DNA of 60,192 bases, the filler included. It is 5 parts of 5 records of this genome, joined end to end, with 100 filler letters (N's around TTAATTAATTAA, not from the genome) between each part and the next. Parts side by side here need not be neighbours in the genome. Positions count along the whole stretch, not along the records: positions 1 to 11,733 come from SRR31147125_27859; 4 more parts are not named here. One strand, given 5' to 3'. This document shows positions 1-11,006 of this stretch, piece after piece. Below the pieces are notes generated by a model, which searched no databases, had not been told where the DNA came from, and worked only from the letters and a program-made list of their open reading frames with translations. The stretch's first letter is position 1; each line of letters begins with the position of its first letter. A program made the translations under genes and the position numbers.

Positions 1-27
1 GTGTGGGTTCGATTCCCACTCCGGGTA
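1..27 (+). tRNA. 3' end of a tRNA (probably tRNA-Leu), truncated by the window start
   Basis: T-arm GTGGG-TTCGATT-CCCAC (3-19), then acceptor strand TCCGGGT and discriminator A. The anticodon is not visible, so the isotype is inferred. Confidence 0.8.
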
Positions 28-51
28 CTTGGTGAAATACAAAATAACATT

Positions 52-89
52 AAAAGCGCTTAAAATCAATGATTTAAGCGCTTTTTTTT
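52..89 (+). terminator. Intrinsic terminator-like hairpin after the tRNA
   Basis: AAAAGCGCTTAAA (52-64) / TTTAAGCGCTTTT (73-85) inverted repeat, running into a T-run. Confidence 0.75.
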
Positions 90-142
90 ATAACATAAAT
101 ATCAAAAAAAGTGCTTTAAAAGCATCTAAAACGCGACTAAAT

Positions 143-289
143 CGAGACCTATGGTTAATTAGATTCGTTAGGTCTCGCTAAACTCTGTAACTCACTGATT
201 CATTACATTTTAATTGGTTTAATTTGGTTCGTTTTACTGTTTCAAAAGAGGCATTTATAATGTAATTTTAGACAGTGAGCGAGACCTAA
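143..289. repeat. CGAGACCTA motif x3 (candidate integrase arm-type sites)
   Basis: CGAGACCTA at 143-151; TTAGGTCTCGCT at 168-179; its perfect reverse complement AGCGAGACCTAA at 278-289; located between tRNA and integrase. Confidence 0.6.
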
Positions 290-309
290 ATTGTTAAAAT
301 TTATGGATT

Positions 310-1511
310 ATGAGGATTACAATTGCATTTTTACTTAAGAAATCAAAGAAGCGGGAAGACGGAACTTGCCCTGTTTATGTCAGGTTTACGCTCAATGGAA
401 AACGTGTTGAATTATCGACAAAGATATTTGTTGATCAAGACTCATGGGATCTCGCCAAAGAAAGAATGTCCGGCTCGACAAATAGCGCGAAGATAGTTAA
501 CAATCGATTGGATAAGATAGCTTCTAATATTCTTGATACTTATAATCAGTTTGAAGCCGGGAACAAAAAGTTTGATGTAGTTGATATTAAAAACAAACTT
601 TGCGGCATAAAAGAAGAGCATGGAATAGTTGAAATGTTTGGTGTTTATATGAACACAATAGAATCCAATATTGGCAAAGGTTTTTCAGCAACTACATTAA
701 AACACTATAAAACCTCTAAAACACGTCTTTTAAACTTTTTATCTGACGTTTATGGGAAGAAGGAGTGGAACCTTAGCAACATAGGTTATAAGTTTATTAA
801 TGATTTTGATGTATACCTAAAAACCAAATACAACAACAGTGTAAATACTGCCTGGTGTTACCATAAACACATGAAGAAAGTATTGAATATTGCAGTTGCA
901 ATGGATTATCTTTCAACGAATCCGTATGTAAAATTTCAAGTAAAAACTGAACGGCCAAAACGTGAATATTTAACTCCAAAAGAATTAAAGAGAATAAGAA
1001 AGAAAAAATTTCCATTGAACGACTCAATATCGTTAGACATGTCTTTCTCTTTGCTTGCTATACTGGATTATCCTATGCTGATATTTCTAAACTGGCTAAA
1101 CATCATATTCGAACTGGTAATGATGGTGAGGAATGGATAATAATTGATCGTACCAAAAATGATTCAAGGTGCAGAGTTCCGTTATTATCGGCAGCAAAAG
1201 ATATTCTCAAATTATACGAAGATTATCCATTTAATTCCTCCAAGGGATTATTGCTGCCAGTTAATTCCAATCAAAAGATGAATGCTTACTTAAAAGAGAT
1301 TGCCGACATGTGTAAAATAAGTAAAAATCTGACTATGCATGTAGCCAGACATACTTTTGCAACTACAGTTACTTTAACCAATGGTGTGCCCATTGAAACA
1401 GTTTCAAAGATACTAGGACATAGTTCTCTTAAAACAACGCAGATTTATGCACGAATTTTAGATGTAAAGATTTCTAAGGATATGAAAATTATAAGTCAAA
1501 AATTCATTTAA
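310..1511 (+). CDS. Tyrosine recombinase/integrase (Bacteroidota type, Arm-DNA-binding + SAM-like + catalytic domains); split by a frameshift at the A6 run 1003-1008
   Basis: N-terminus KKREDGTCPVYVRFT. Restoring one A gives FLFACYTGLSYAD, which joins the downstream ORF carrying HVARHTFATT and LGHSSLKTTQIYA. Confidence 0.9.
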
Positions 1512-1642
1512 CTACAAAGATTGATTTATGGTAAATAATTACAAAGTACTTTAAAATACAATTGTAATATTTTAAACTATTCAAATAAAATTTTAGTGAT
1601 AAGCATTTTATTCTTCTTTATGAATTTACTTATATTTGGAAT

Positions 1643-2761
1643 ATGGATTTATCTTTATATCTCGGATTGTCGCAATCTGCTTTGGCTGTAATTGTAGTGT
1701 TAATGAAACGGCCATTAAGAATTTCCGATGTTATATTAAGTATATTACTTTTTACATTTGTTTTGTTATTTGGTTTAGATGTTCTTCAGGTGCAGGGTAT
1801 TTTGCCTGCGAATCGTTGGGCAATTTCAATAAGTTTATCTTTGCTTTTTGCTCCATTACTGTTTTTATACTCCAAATATGTTACAAAAGAGTTTAAGAGG
1901 TTTAATACATGGGATTTAATGCACGCTCTCCCTTCATTCTTATTGCTTCTTGTTTATTTTATTGTATCTATATTTACGTCAGACAAATCAATTTGGATGT
2001 CAATGCAAAGTCAATGGCTTCGTACAGTCTTTGGGAATATTTTTGTAGTGCTACTTGTGGCTTATGTATTTTTTTCCTTAAGGATTGTTGTGAAGTTTAA
2101 GAAACAGAGTAAAAATTATTATTCTTTTAAATCTGATAAAATAAGCCTTAACTGGTTGATTTTTGTAATTGTTGCATTTTTTCTTGTTTTTGTTGCAATT
2201 ATTATAAGTAGTCTTTTGTTTGAATATCAACTATTCAACAGCGATTTAAGTAGATTCAGGCATTTAATAGAATTATTATTTGTATATATTATTAGCATTT
2301 GGGGATTTAGACAAACTCAGTTAAATCAGGATGCTATAAAAGAAACAAGAATATCAAGGCAGATTAAAACGGAAAAAAATTCACCAGGAAAGTACCAGAA
2401 GTCGGGATTGAAAAAAGAACAAATAGAAGATTATTTACATAAATTGATAGAAACTATTGAACAAGCTGAAGCCTGGAAGGATAATGAACTTTCAATAGAA
2501 AAACTTTCAATACAAACCAATATACCCAAGTATTATATTTCAGAGATCTTAAATGAACATATTGGAAAGAATTTTTATCAGTTTATAAATGAATATAGGT
2601 TAAAACACGCAAAAAAATTGTTAAAATCAACTGAACATTCAACCTGGTCAATAATTGCAATTGCTTTCGAATGTGGTTTTAATTCAAAGACCGCTTTTAA
2701 TAATTTTTTTAGAAAGCAAACAAATATGACCCCCAGCGAATTTAAAAATCTGGAGCAGTAA
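1643..2761 (+). CDS. AraC-family regulator with N-terminal multi-pass membrane domain
   Basis: Hydrophobic N-terminal ~220 aa; C-terminal HTH (FYQFINEYRL, IAFECGFNSKTAFNNFF). Confidence 0.9.
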   Translation: MDLSLYLGLSQSALAVIVVLMKRPLRISDVILSILLFTFVLLFGLDVLQVQGILPANRWAISISLSLLFAPLLFLYSKYVTKEFKRFNTWDLMHALPSFLLLLVYFIVSIFTSDKSIWMSMQSQWLRTVFGNIFVVLLVAYVFFSLRIVVKFKKQSKNYYSFKSDKISLNWLIFVIVAFFLVFVAIIISSLLFEYQLFNSDLSRFRHLIELLFVYIISIWGFRQTQLNQDAIKETRISRQIKTEKNSPGKYQKSGLKKEQIEDYLHKLIETIEQAEAWKDNELSIEKLSIQTNIPKYYISEILNEHIGKNFYQFINEYRLKHAKKLLKSTEHSTWSIIAIAFECGFNSKTAFNNFFRKQTNMTPSEFKNLEQ

Positions 2762-2933
2762 ATTTAATTTTTACATGCAATTTTGTCTTGTAAGTTTTTG
2801 TAATACAGTTTTTCCAAGCTAGAAGTACTTTACCCCCAATTTAAAAGGACGTGCATATTTATTGGAAAATTTATTGGAACATTTCTACATCGCATATATC
2901 ATATTTTTAGGCATCAGATGAAATAATCTATTA

Positions 2934-5900
2934 ATGCTAATAAAACATAAACTTATGCGAAATTTAAAAATGTTACGTCTTTTACTGGTGTTTGTGTCTA
3001 TTTGGTTTTTCACAATTTCATATGGACAGCAATCAACCATTACAGGGAATGTAACCGATTCAAATGGAGAACCACTCCCTGGAGTTACAGTAATTGTAAA
3101 GGGTACAACAGTTGGAATCACAACAGATTTCGATGGAAATTACAGTCTTGTAGTTCCGGCTGATGCAAAAACTCTGTCTTTTTCTTTTGTTGGAATGAAA
3201 ACAACGGAAGTACAATTAAGTGGTCAAAGTGTAGTCAACATTTCGATGGAAGAAGAAACCATTGGCCTTGAAGAAGTTGTTGCAATTGGTTACGGAGTTC
3301 AAAAGAAAAGTAATGTAACTGGATCAATTTCCAGTGTTAAATCGGAAGATTTGGCTAATCGCTCCATCTCGAATGCTGCTACAGCATTACAAGGAAAAGT
3401 ATCCGGAGTTCAGGTAATGAACAATTCGGGCGCACCCGGCTCAGGTTCTACTATCCGCATCCGCGGATTTTCATCTAACGGAATTTCAGACCCTCTTTAT
3501 ATTGTTGATGGTTTGAAAGTACCTAATATTGATTACCTCGATCCGGATAACATCGAAAGCATTGAAATTTTAAAGGATGGTGCATCAGCTGCTATTTATG
3601 GTGCTGAAGCTGGAAATGGTGTTGTACTGATTTCAACAAAATCAGGAAAAAAAGGTGACGGTAAAATATTTATTAATACTCAGAATTCAATTTCACAGGT
3701 TGCAAAAAATATGGATCTTCTAAATGCAGAAGAATACATCAATTTTATGCTCGAAGCTGCCCCAACAAGAGCAGAAGAGCTCGATATGTTTTACTATAAT
3801 GATCCAAGCAGTTATGTAAACAATAAATTAGCTGATACTGATTGGCAGGATGAATTGTTCACAACCGGATATCGTGAGCGTTACAGTATTGGATTTCAAG
3901 GGGGAACTGAAAAAGGTGCTTTATTTGTTTCCTTAAATTATCTCGACCATGATGGAATTATTACCGGTTCGAAAGATTCATACAACAGGTTAACAGGACA
4001 GGTTAATGGAAATTACAAAATAAAAAATTGGTTAGAAGTTGGTATTACAAATTCCATAGAATCGTCAAAAACAAAAAGCATTTCGGAAAGTAATGTTTTA
4101 ATGGGATCCATTACAAGTTTGGCTTATACATTAGATCCTTTAACTCCGGTTCTTTATTCTGATGGAATAACTGGAGCATCTGGTTTGGTGCAGGATGCAA
4201 TTGCTCAAGGTTACTCACCTATAAAAAATAACGAAACAGGCAACTATTATGGAATTTCCCGCTGGACTGACGATAATCCTTTGGCTACTCTTAACAAGGA
4301 CAAAAGTTACAGTGATAATTTTCAGGTAAACGGAACATTATATACAAATCTTACGCCGATAAAGAATCTGGTTTATACCTCAAGGTTAGGTTACAGATTA
4401 AGCAACAACTACACTTATTTGTACAGTCCACCAAATTATATGGGAGTTACGGCTTATACAACAGATGTTAACTTAGAGGCAACTCAGATGGGTTCAAAAT
4501 ATTATCAGTGGGAAAATTTTGCCAATTATAATTTCGATATTGGTAAATCCAATATTGCTATGCTGGGGGGATGTCATACATAAAATCAACCATCAATTCC
4601 ATGAGTTCATCCACAAACATGCTGGAAAATCTGAGGGAGAATTACCATTATCTCGATTATTCTTCTTCCACTGCAAATGATGAAATTAGCGGAAACACCA
4701 GAGAAAGATCACAAATTGCCTATTACGGACGATTATCCTGGAACTACGATAATAAGTATAATGTGCAGGTAAATTTCAGAGCCGATTCTTATGACGCTGC
4801 ATACCTCGATCTGGAACACAACTGGGGTTACTTCCCTTCGGTATCAGCAGGATGGACTGCCACAAATGAAAGTTTTATGCAAAACATCAATAAGGATTTT
4901 CTATCATTCCTGAAATTTCGTGTTGCATACGGGAAAAACGGAAGTATAAGTAACCTTGGAGGTTATATGTATGCATCGAGTTTAAACGCCGGTGGTACTG
5001 ATTATTACATGAATAATAAACTTTATACCGGAATTTTCCCTAGCAGCTTTCTGGCTAACCCGAAACTTAGATGGGAAGAATCGGTACAATTTGATGCTGG
5101 TATTGATCTTCGGTTATTTAAAGACCGATTAAACCTTAACGTTGATTATTACAATAAAAATACCGATGGGCTTTTAATAAACTCTACTTCAGCCCAAACT
5201 ACAGGAACAACCTCTGTTTTTCAAAATGTTGGTATTATAAATAACCATGGTTTTGAATTTGACCTGGAATGGAAGGATAACATTAAAAATGATTTTAATT
5301 ATAGCTTAAAAGCAAACTTGTCCACTTTATCTAATAATGTTGATGAATACAAAGGAGAAGGTGTTCGTATTGGAGGAAGTGAAATTGCTCACAGTAAAAT
5401 AACATCAACTTATTTTGAGGAGGGCTACCCCATATGGTATATTCGTGGGTACAAAGTAGCTGGAATCGATTCAGAGAATGGAAAGCCAATTTATAAGGAT
5501 TTAGACTCTGATGGCAACATTACTGATTCCGACAGAACTTATTTAGGTTCGGGAATACCCGATTTTACCTTTGGTGCAACATTGTCACTTTCTTATAAGA
5601 ATTTTGATTTCTTAATGTATGGAACAGGTGCTTATGGTAATGAAATACTTTATGGTGTTTCCAGGGCTCTTTCATTTATTGTTTATAACAAACCGCAATT
5701 TGTTTACGACCAAAGATGGACAGCTAATAATACAAATGCATTACGTGCCGCACCGTTTTACAATACCGATCCTATTTATCTGAATTCCGATGCCTGGGTT
5801 TTTGATGGTTCTTATTTCAAGATTAAACAAATTCAATTGGGGTATAATATTCCAACCTCAGTTCTTAAATACATCGATGCTTCAGCCATGAAGATATATG

Positions 5901-6046
5901 TTTCACTCAATGATTTCTTCACGTTTACTTCATATCCGGGATTGGATCCTGAAGTACGTCCGAATTCTACAACCTCCATGGCAATTGATTTTGGTGGCTA
6001 TCCGGTGGCCAAATCGGTTATGTTTGGAGTTAATTTAACATTTTAA
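2934..6046 (+). CDS. susC: SusC/RagA TonB-dependent transporter; split at the G6 run 4565-4570 (start may be 2955)
   Basis: GEPLPGVTVIVKGT, LEEVVAIGYG, plug motif IEILKDGASAAIYG, NPKLRWEE, C-terminal GVNLTF. Confidence 0.93.
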
Positions 6047-6063
6047 CCTATAAGCTGAATAAA

Positions 6064-7707
6064 ATGAAAAGAAATATAATTACACTACTCGTTATATTGA
6101 TAGGTTTTATAGCCTGTGTAGAAGAAGATCATCTTGTAATCCCTCAACAGGGTGTATTACCGGTAGATATGTATAAAACAGCCACTGATGAAGAAGCAAA
6201 TGCTTTTATTGCAGCAATTTACGCCAAAATTCATGGTGATGTTAGTTCCGACCGTTTTGGGAACTCAACTTCAAGTATGATGGCTGTTAGATTTCATTTA
6301 GGAAGAATGGGTGGCGAATTTGCCAGTTATTATCCGTATACCGAAACTGCAGAATCTCCAACATATAAGAAAATGTGGTCGTACTATTACAGCACAATTT
6401 ATTGGTGTAATATGATTATTGAAAACTTGCCTGAAAACAATATTGCAAGCGATGCAATTAAAACCCGTGTAGTTGCTGAAGCCAGAGCAATACGCTCAAT
6501 TTCAATGATGCAGTTGGTGCAATTATGGGGAAATCCTCCATTGGCAGACCATGTTATGACCGGAGAAGAAGGAAATACTCCGGCAGCAGAATCGTGGAGT
6601 TTTATAGAAACTGATTTGATGGAGGCTGCAGAAGGACTTCCTTCAAAAAGTGGAATTGATGAACAAGCAGCAATTGGAGGAAGATTAACCAGGGAAGCAG
6701 CTTATGCTTATTTGGGAAAAGCATATTTGTGGCAGGGAAAATATACTGAGGCAGCCAGCACATTATATAACAAAGTAATTGCTACAGGCCTGTACGAATT
6801 GGTTGATGATTATTCTGCAATGAACAGTTTTGGTTCAGATTTCTGCTCTGAATACATTTGGGAAAGTGAAATTACTGAACAGGGCGATTATTCTCTGTCT
6901 CAGGCTGGTTTTATGGATTTGGTATATAACTGGTCTAGCAGTGGAATGAATTTTCCTGAGGGATATTATGATGCTGTAGGATGGGCGAGTGTTTCCTGTG
7001 CTTCTGAATCGTTCGGAAGTTTCATGGAAAATCATGATAAAGTTAATGGAAACTTGTCTGACAGGTATATTGGCACACTTGCCTCATACGAAGAATTACT
7101 TGACGAAACATTGTTTTCATACCCAAGTGGAGAAAAAGGAGTGAAGGATGTAGGTGTTGTTGAATGTGAAGGATATTTCCGCATTAAATTAATTCCAAGA
7201 TGGGAAAATATTATGGGAGGTTCTGATTGGACAAGTCAGTATTTACATAATAATATTCCATTTATGCGATATTCAGAAGTAATATTAAACTATGCAGAGG
7301 CAGTTGCCATGGGTGGAGCTCCCGGTGCATTAAGTGGTTTAGATGCATTAAATATGGTTAGAAACAGGGCGGGTTTGGCAAATGCCCCCTCTCTTGAAAT
7401 GGATAATGAAGAGCATGGAATTAAAGCTGAACGCAGAGCCGAATTATTTTTTGAAGGTACCCGTTTTATTGATCTTATTCGTTGGGGAGATGCCGAATCA
7501 GAATTAGCCGGAATGGGCGATTATGTGCCTACTTTTTATGGTTATAACGATGGCAACAATACAACTCCTCAAAGTAAAGTTAATTGGAAAGTTATTAAAA
7601 ATTCTGTGCTGACAGAAAAGTTTAAAGCCGGGAAAAATGATTTGTTTCCAATTCCGGCGGTTGATGTTAATAATAACTCCAATCTTACCCAAAATCCAAA
7701 TTGGTAG
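6064..7707 (+). CDS. susD: SusD/RagB glycan-binding lipoprotein
   Basis: Lipobox FIAC; MRYSEVILNYAEA; ERRAELFFEGTRFIDLIRWG; QNPNW C-terminus; directly follows susC. Confidence 0.93.
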   Translation: MKRNIITLLVILIGFIACVEEDHLVIPQQGVLPVDMYKTATDEEANAFIAAIYAKIHGDVSSDRFGNSTSSMMAVRFHLGRMGGEFASYYPYTETAESPTYKKMWSYYYSTIYWCNMIIENLPENNIASDAIKTRVVAEARAIRSISMMQLVQLWGNPPLADHVMTGEEGNTPAAESWSFIETDLMEAAEGLPSKSGIDEQAAIGGRLTREAAYAYLGKAYLWQGKYTEAASTLYNKVIATGLYELVDDYSAMNSFGSDFCSEYIWESEITEQGDYSLSQAGFMDLVYNWSSSGMNFPEGYYDAVGWASVSCASESFGSFMENHDKVNGNLSDRYIGTLASYEELLDETLFSYPSGEKGVKDVGVVECEGYFRIKLIPRWENIMGGSDWTSQYLHNNIPFMRYSEVILNYAEAVAMGGAPGALSGLDALNMVRNRAGLANAPSLEMDNEEHGIKAERRAELFFEGTRFIDLIRWGDAESELAGMGDYVPTFYGYNDGNNTTPQSKVNWKVIKNSVLTEKFKAGKNDLFPIPAVDVNNNSNLTQNPNW

Positions 7708-7727
7708 AAATAAAAAGAATTCAAATC

Positions 7728-9011
7728 ATGAAAAAAATATTGTTTTTTACTAAAATATTGGCAGCATTTATAAGTGTAGTCTTAATTACTTCCTGTAAAG
7801 AAGATATAGAAGAGTTTATTGTTCCTGTTATTGAAGTATCTGATTCAGAATTTCTTGTAGGATATTCTATGGGTGATACCGTTGTGGAGTTTTCATCAAA
7901 TGTAATACTTTATGCTACAGTTGATGAGGCCGATAAAAACTGGTTGTCATACCATTTCGAAGACAACTGTAAAACTCTGGTAGTGGAATATCTTGAAAAC
8001 GATACCACAATTGAACGAGTTGGACACATAACCTTATCAAAAAGTGATGTTGAACAAAGGTTAACAATCAAACAAGAGGGTAACCCTAATGTTAATACGG
8101 GTGGATTACAAAAAGTAGATCTTAGTTTTGCTGTGGATAATTCCAGTGGCTATACAATTTTATCAGTTCCTGCTGATGATGTAGCAAAAATTCCTATCGG
8201 AGCTACTATTGTTATTGAATGTTCAACTGATGACGGAACTGTTTCGTTTCTTAATCCTGCCACTTATGCTGAATATGCAGGAGGCGGACCGGTAAATGGT
8301 GAGTTTAAATTTGTCTGGACTCTTGATATGTACGACATTGCAGCTACTTCAGGAATGATGGGAATTGTTCGCGATGGTTTTGAAGCAACCGCAATGTATT
8401 GTTTGTACGAAAAAACCACGGGAGAATTTACCGTAGATAACTCAAGCGGATATACCCTTTTATCGGTTCCTGCTGAATTCTCTGAAACTATACCTCTTGG
8501 GGCAACAGTGGTTATAGAATGTTCAAGTAATACTGGTACGGTTTCATTTCTCAATCCTGCAACTTATGCCGAATATGCCGGTGGAAGTCCTGTAAACGGA
8601 TTATTTGCTTTTAAATGGACAGCAGAAATTGCCGGTATTACAAAAGGTGCAGGAATGATGGGAATTCTTAGAGATGGATTTGAAGTTTCTGGTGTTTCTG
8701 TTATTCATGTTCAAACCGATCTTGAATTTGCAGTAGATAATTCAAGTGGTTACACCATTTTAAGTGTTGCTGCTGATCAGGCTGCAAAAATTCCAATGGG
8801 CGCAACTGTGGTGGTTGAATGTTCGGGAGACAACGGTTCAGCATCTTTTATAAATCCGGCAACTTATGCTGAATATGCTGGCGGTAGTCCGGTAAATGGA
8901 ATGTTCTCATTTGTCTGGACTAAAGAAATAATTGAGATAACAAAAAATTCGGGAATGATGGCAATTTTGCGCGATGGTTTTGATGTTTCTGCCATGTATT
9001 GTCACAATTAA
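7728..9011 (+). CDS. Surface lipoprotein (SGBP-like): BACON-like domain plus three tandem 100-aa repeats
   Basis: Lipobox LITSC followed by KEDIEE; BACON-like W..N...R...Q pattern (NWLSY..ENDTTIERVGHITL..TIKQEG); three VDNSSGYT..NPATYAEYAGG repeats. Confidence 0.8.
   Translation: MKKILFFTKILAAFISVVLITSCKEDIEEFIVPVIEVSDSEFLVGYSMGDTVVEFSSNVILYATVDEADKNWLSYHFEDNCKTLVVEYLENDTTIERVGHITLSKSDVEQRLTIKQEGNPNVNTGGLQKVDLSFAVDNSSGYTILSVPADDVAKIPIGATIVIECSTDDGTVSFLNPATYAEYAGGGPVNGEFKFVWTLDMYDIAATSGMMGIVRDGFEATAMYCLYEKTTGEFTVDNSSGYTLLSVPAEFSETIPLGATVVIECSSNTGTVSFLNPATYAEYAGGSPVNGLFAFKWTAEIAGITKGAGMMGILRDGFEVSGVSVIHVQTDLEFAVDNSSGYTILSVAADQAAKIPMGATVVVECSGDNGSASFINPATYAEYAGGSPVNGMFSFVWTKEIIEITKNSGMMAILRDGFDVSAMYCHN
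8118..9002 (+). repeat. Three intragenic ~300-nt repeats
   Basis: The VDNSSG codons start at 8133, 8433 and 8733 (exact 300-nt period). Confidence 0.9.
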
Positions 9012-9256
9012 AAGCCCGTTTTTAATTTGTTGCAGTTACAACAAAATGGGTCTTTTACTTAAAGTCTATTGTGAATAATTATCATCAAACAGATTTAAGT
9101 AAAACGAGAAAGTTCTTTTGATATACACTTTTGAAAATATAGGATTTGATGTTCATCTTTTATTTGCAAAAGTTGATGAAAATAACACTATAAGTGGTTT
9201 AATAAAAATGATTGACGCTAATTGGGCAAGGATTGTTTAATAGTAGTTTAGTTAGT

Positions 9257-9288
9257 GAAAGGTGGTGAACTTACTGCCTTTCTTTTTT
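9257..9288 (+). terminator. Intrinsic terminator-like hairpin between the lipoprotein and GH79
   Basis: GAAAGGTGGT/ACTGCCTTTC stem (two G-U pairs) followed by T6. Confidence 0.55.
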
Positions 9289-9473
9289 ACTTCTGATGGA
9301 AATGGCAAATAAGTTTTTAGTGCTATTTAACTAATCCTTTTGGTTTAGATTAAATAAATGGCATAAAATAATTATGAATTTAATGTTTGAATCCTTTTTC
9401 CATTTTCATCAAATAGATGTTCAATGATAAGTGTAGTTATTGTATTGATAATTAATAAATTAAAATTAATAGA

Positions 9474-10994
9474 ATGAAATTGACAATTGTTATCGTATCA
9501 TTTATCTTTTTTGCAATTGGTTCTGCTTTTGGAAATTCAATTGATAAAGGAAATGAAATTTTGAAGATAAATTTAAGCGGAATAAAACAGGTTGCTCAGG
9601 TTGATGAAAGATATCAATCAGTAAATGTTGAGATGTGTGAAGTAGTTGGTGGCGATTTCTGGATTCCTTATGATTTAATGGAATCGGAAGAAGTGTCTAT
9701 GGCTAATTTAAGTTCATTAAAAAGAACTATACCTCCTGTAAATTTATATGAAAAGAAACTCAGAACACTCGCTTTCGCTTTAGGTCCAATGTATATTAGG
9801 GTGAGCGGAACCTGGGGCAATACAACTTATTTTCAGGATGATGATAAACCAAAATTAGAATCTGCTCCCGAAGGTTTTGAAAATGTGTTAACCAGGGCAG
9901 AATGGAAAGGGGTAATGGACTTTTGTGAAGCAACAGACGGTAAATTAGTTACTTCGTTCGCAATCAGCCAGGGAATAAGGGATGAGCCAGGGAACTGGAC
10001 TCCAGCACAAATTGAGCCACTTCTCAATTACACCAAAGAAATTGGTGGTGAGATTTATGCTGCTGAGATGTTTAATGAACCGTCTCATGCCAGCTATGGT
10101 GGAGCACCACAAGGTTACGATGCTGCTTATTATGCAAAAGATTTCTCTGCCTTTAAGCGATATGTAGATAAGGCAATACCAGAAATGAAGATAATGGGAC
10201 CTGGCTCAACAGGAGAGGGAGGCATAATAGGAGAAGGCGGTGAAATGTCGACGGATAAAATTATGACAGCCAATCCTAATCCTGAATTTGAAATTTTTTC
10301 TTATCACTATTACGGATGGATGTCGAAACGGTGTATGGGTAACCTGACACCCGAGAATGCAACAACAAAAGAATGGCTGAGCAAAACCGAGCTTGGTTTA
10401 AAGTATTACGAAGAGGCACGTGATAAATATGCGCCTGGTGCACCAATTTGGTTAACTGAAACTGCCGAAGCAGCCTGTGGTGGAAATCCCTGGGCTGCTA
10501 CTTATGTTGACTGTTTCCGTTATTTGGAACAACTCGGACGTTTGGCAAAGAAAAACGTCCAAGTAGTAATGCACAATACATTATGTGCCAGCGAGTATGC
10601 TTTGCTAGAACAGGATACGCACGACCCAAGGCCAAACTATTGGGCAGCACTTCTTTGGAATAAATTTATGGGAACTAAAGTATATGATGCCGGTAAACAA
10701 ACGGAAGGACCCGATGTGTTTGTACACAACCTGAAAGGTGCTTCAAAAGGATATGCCGTACTCGTGGTAAATCACGAGGATTCTGAAGCAATAATTGAGA
10801 TTCCGGCAAAGGCTCAACAATATTTACTTACCGCAGCCGAAGATGATTTGCAAACTAAAAAAGTAAACTTGAATGGTAAGTTACTAGAATTAACTGCAGG
10901 TGATAAATTACCTAAAATAAAAGGTGAAAAAATTGATGCAGGGAATATTACACTTCCTCCATATAGCATTATGTTCCTTACTTTTTCAAAATAA
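9474..10994 (+). CDS. Secreted glycoside hydrolase family 79 (beta-glucuronidase/heparanase-like)
   Basis: Signal peptide; LGPMYIRVSGT; acid/base motif FNEP; nucleophile in IWLTETAEA; PRPNYWAALLW. Confidence 0.8.
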   Translation: MKLTIVIVSFIFFAIGSAFGNSIDKGNEILKINLSGIKQVAQVDERYQSVNVEMCEVVGGDFWIPYDLMESEEVSMANLSSLKRTIPPVNLYEKKLRTLAFALGPMYIRVSGTWGNTTYFQDDDKPKLESAPEGFENVLTRAEWKGVMDFCEATDGKLVTSFAISQGIRDEPGNWTPAQIEPLLNYTKEIGGEIYAAEMFNEPSHASYGGAPQGYDAAYYAKDFSAFKRYVDKAIPEMKIMGPGSTGEGGIIGEGGEMSTDKIMTANPNPEFEIFSYHYYGWMSKRCMGNLTPENATTKEWLSKTELGLKYYEEARDKYAPGAPIWLTETAEAACGGNPWAATYVDCFRYLEQLGRLAKKNVQVVMHNTLCASEYALLEQDTHDPRPNYWAALLWNKFMGTKVYDAGKQTEGPDVFVHNLKGASKGYAVLVVNHEDSEAIIEIPAKAQQYLLTAAEDDLQTKKVNLNGKLLELTAGDKLPKIKGEKIDAGNITLPPYSIMFLTFSK

Positions 10995-11006
10995 AAAGCT
11001 GATACA

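Noticed and set aside
310-1511. Integrase as a pseudogene
   Set aside because: A single homopolymer indel restores a full protein with intact C-terminal catalytic motifs
4565-4570. G6 tract in susC as a phase-variation switch
   Set aside because: The tract is short, and the same kind of indel breaks purF and phage structural genes on other contigs; sequencing error is more parsimonious
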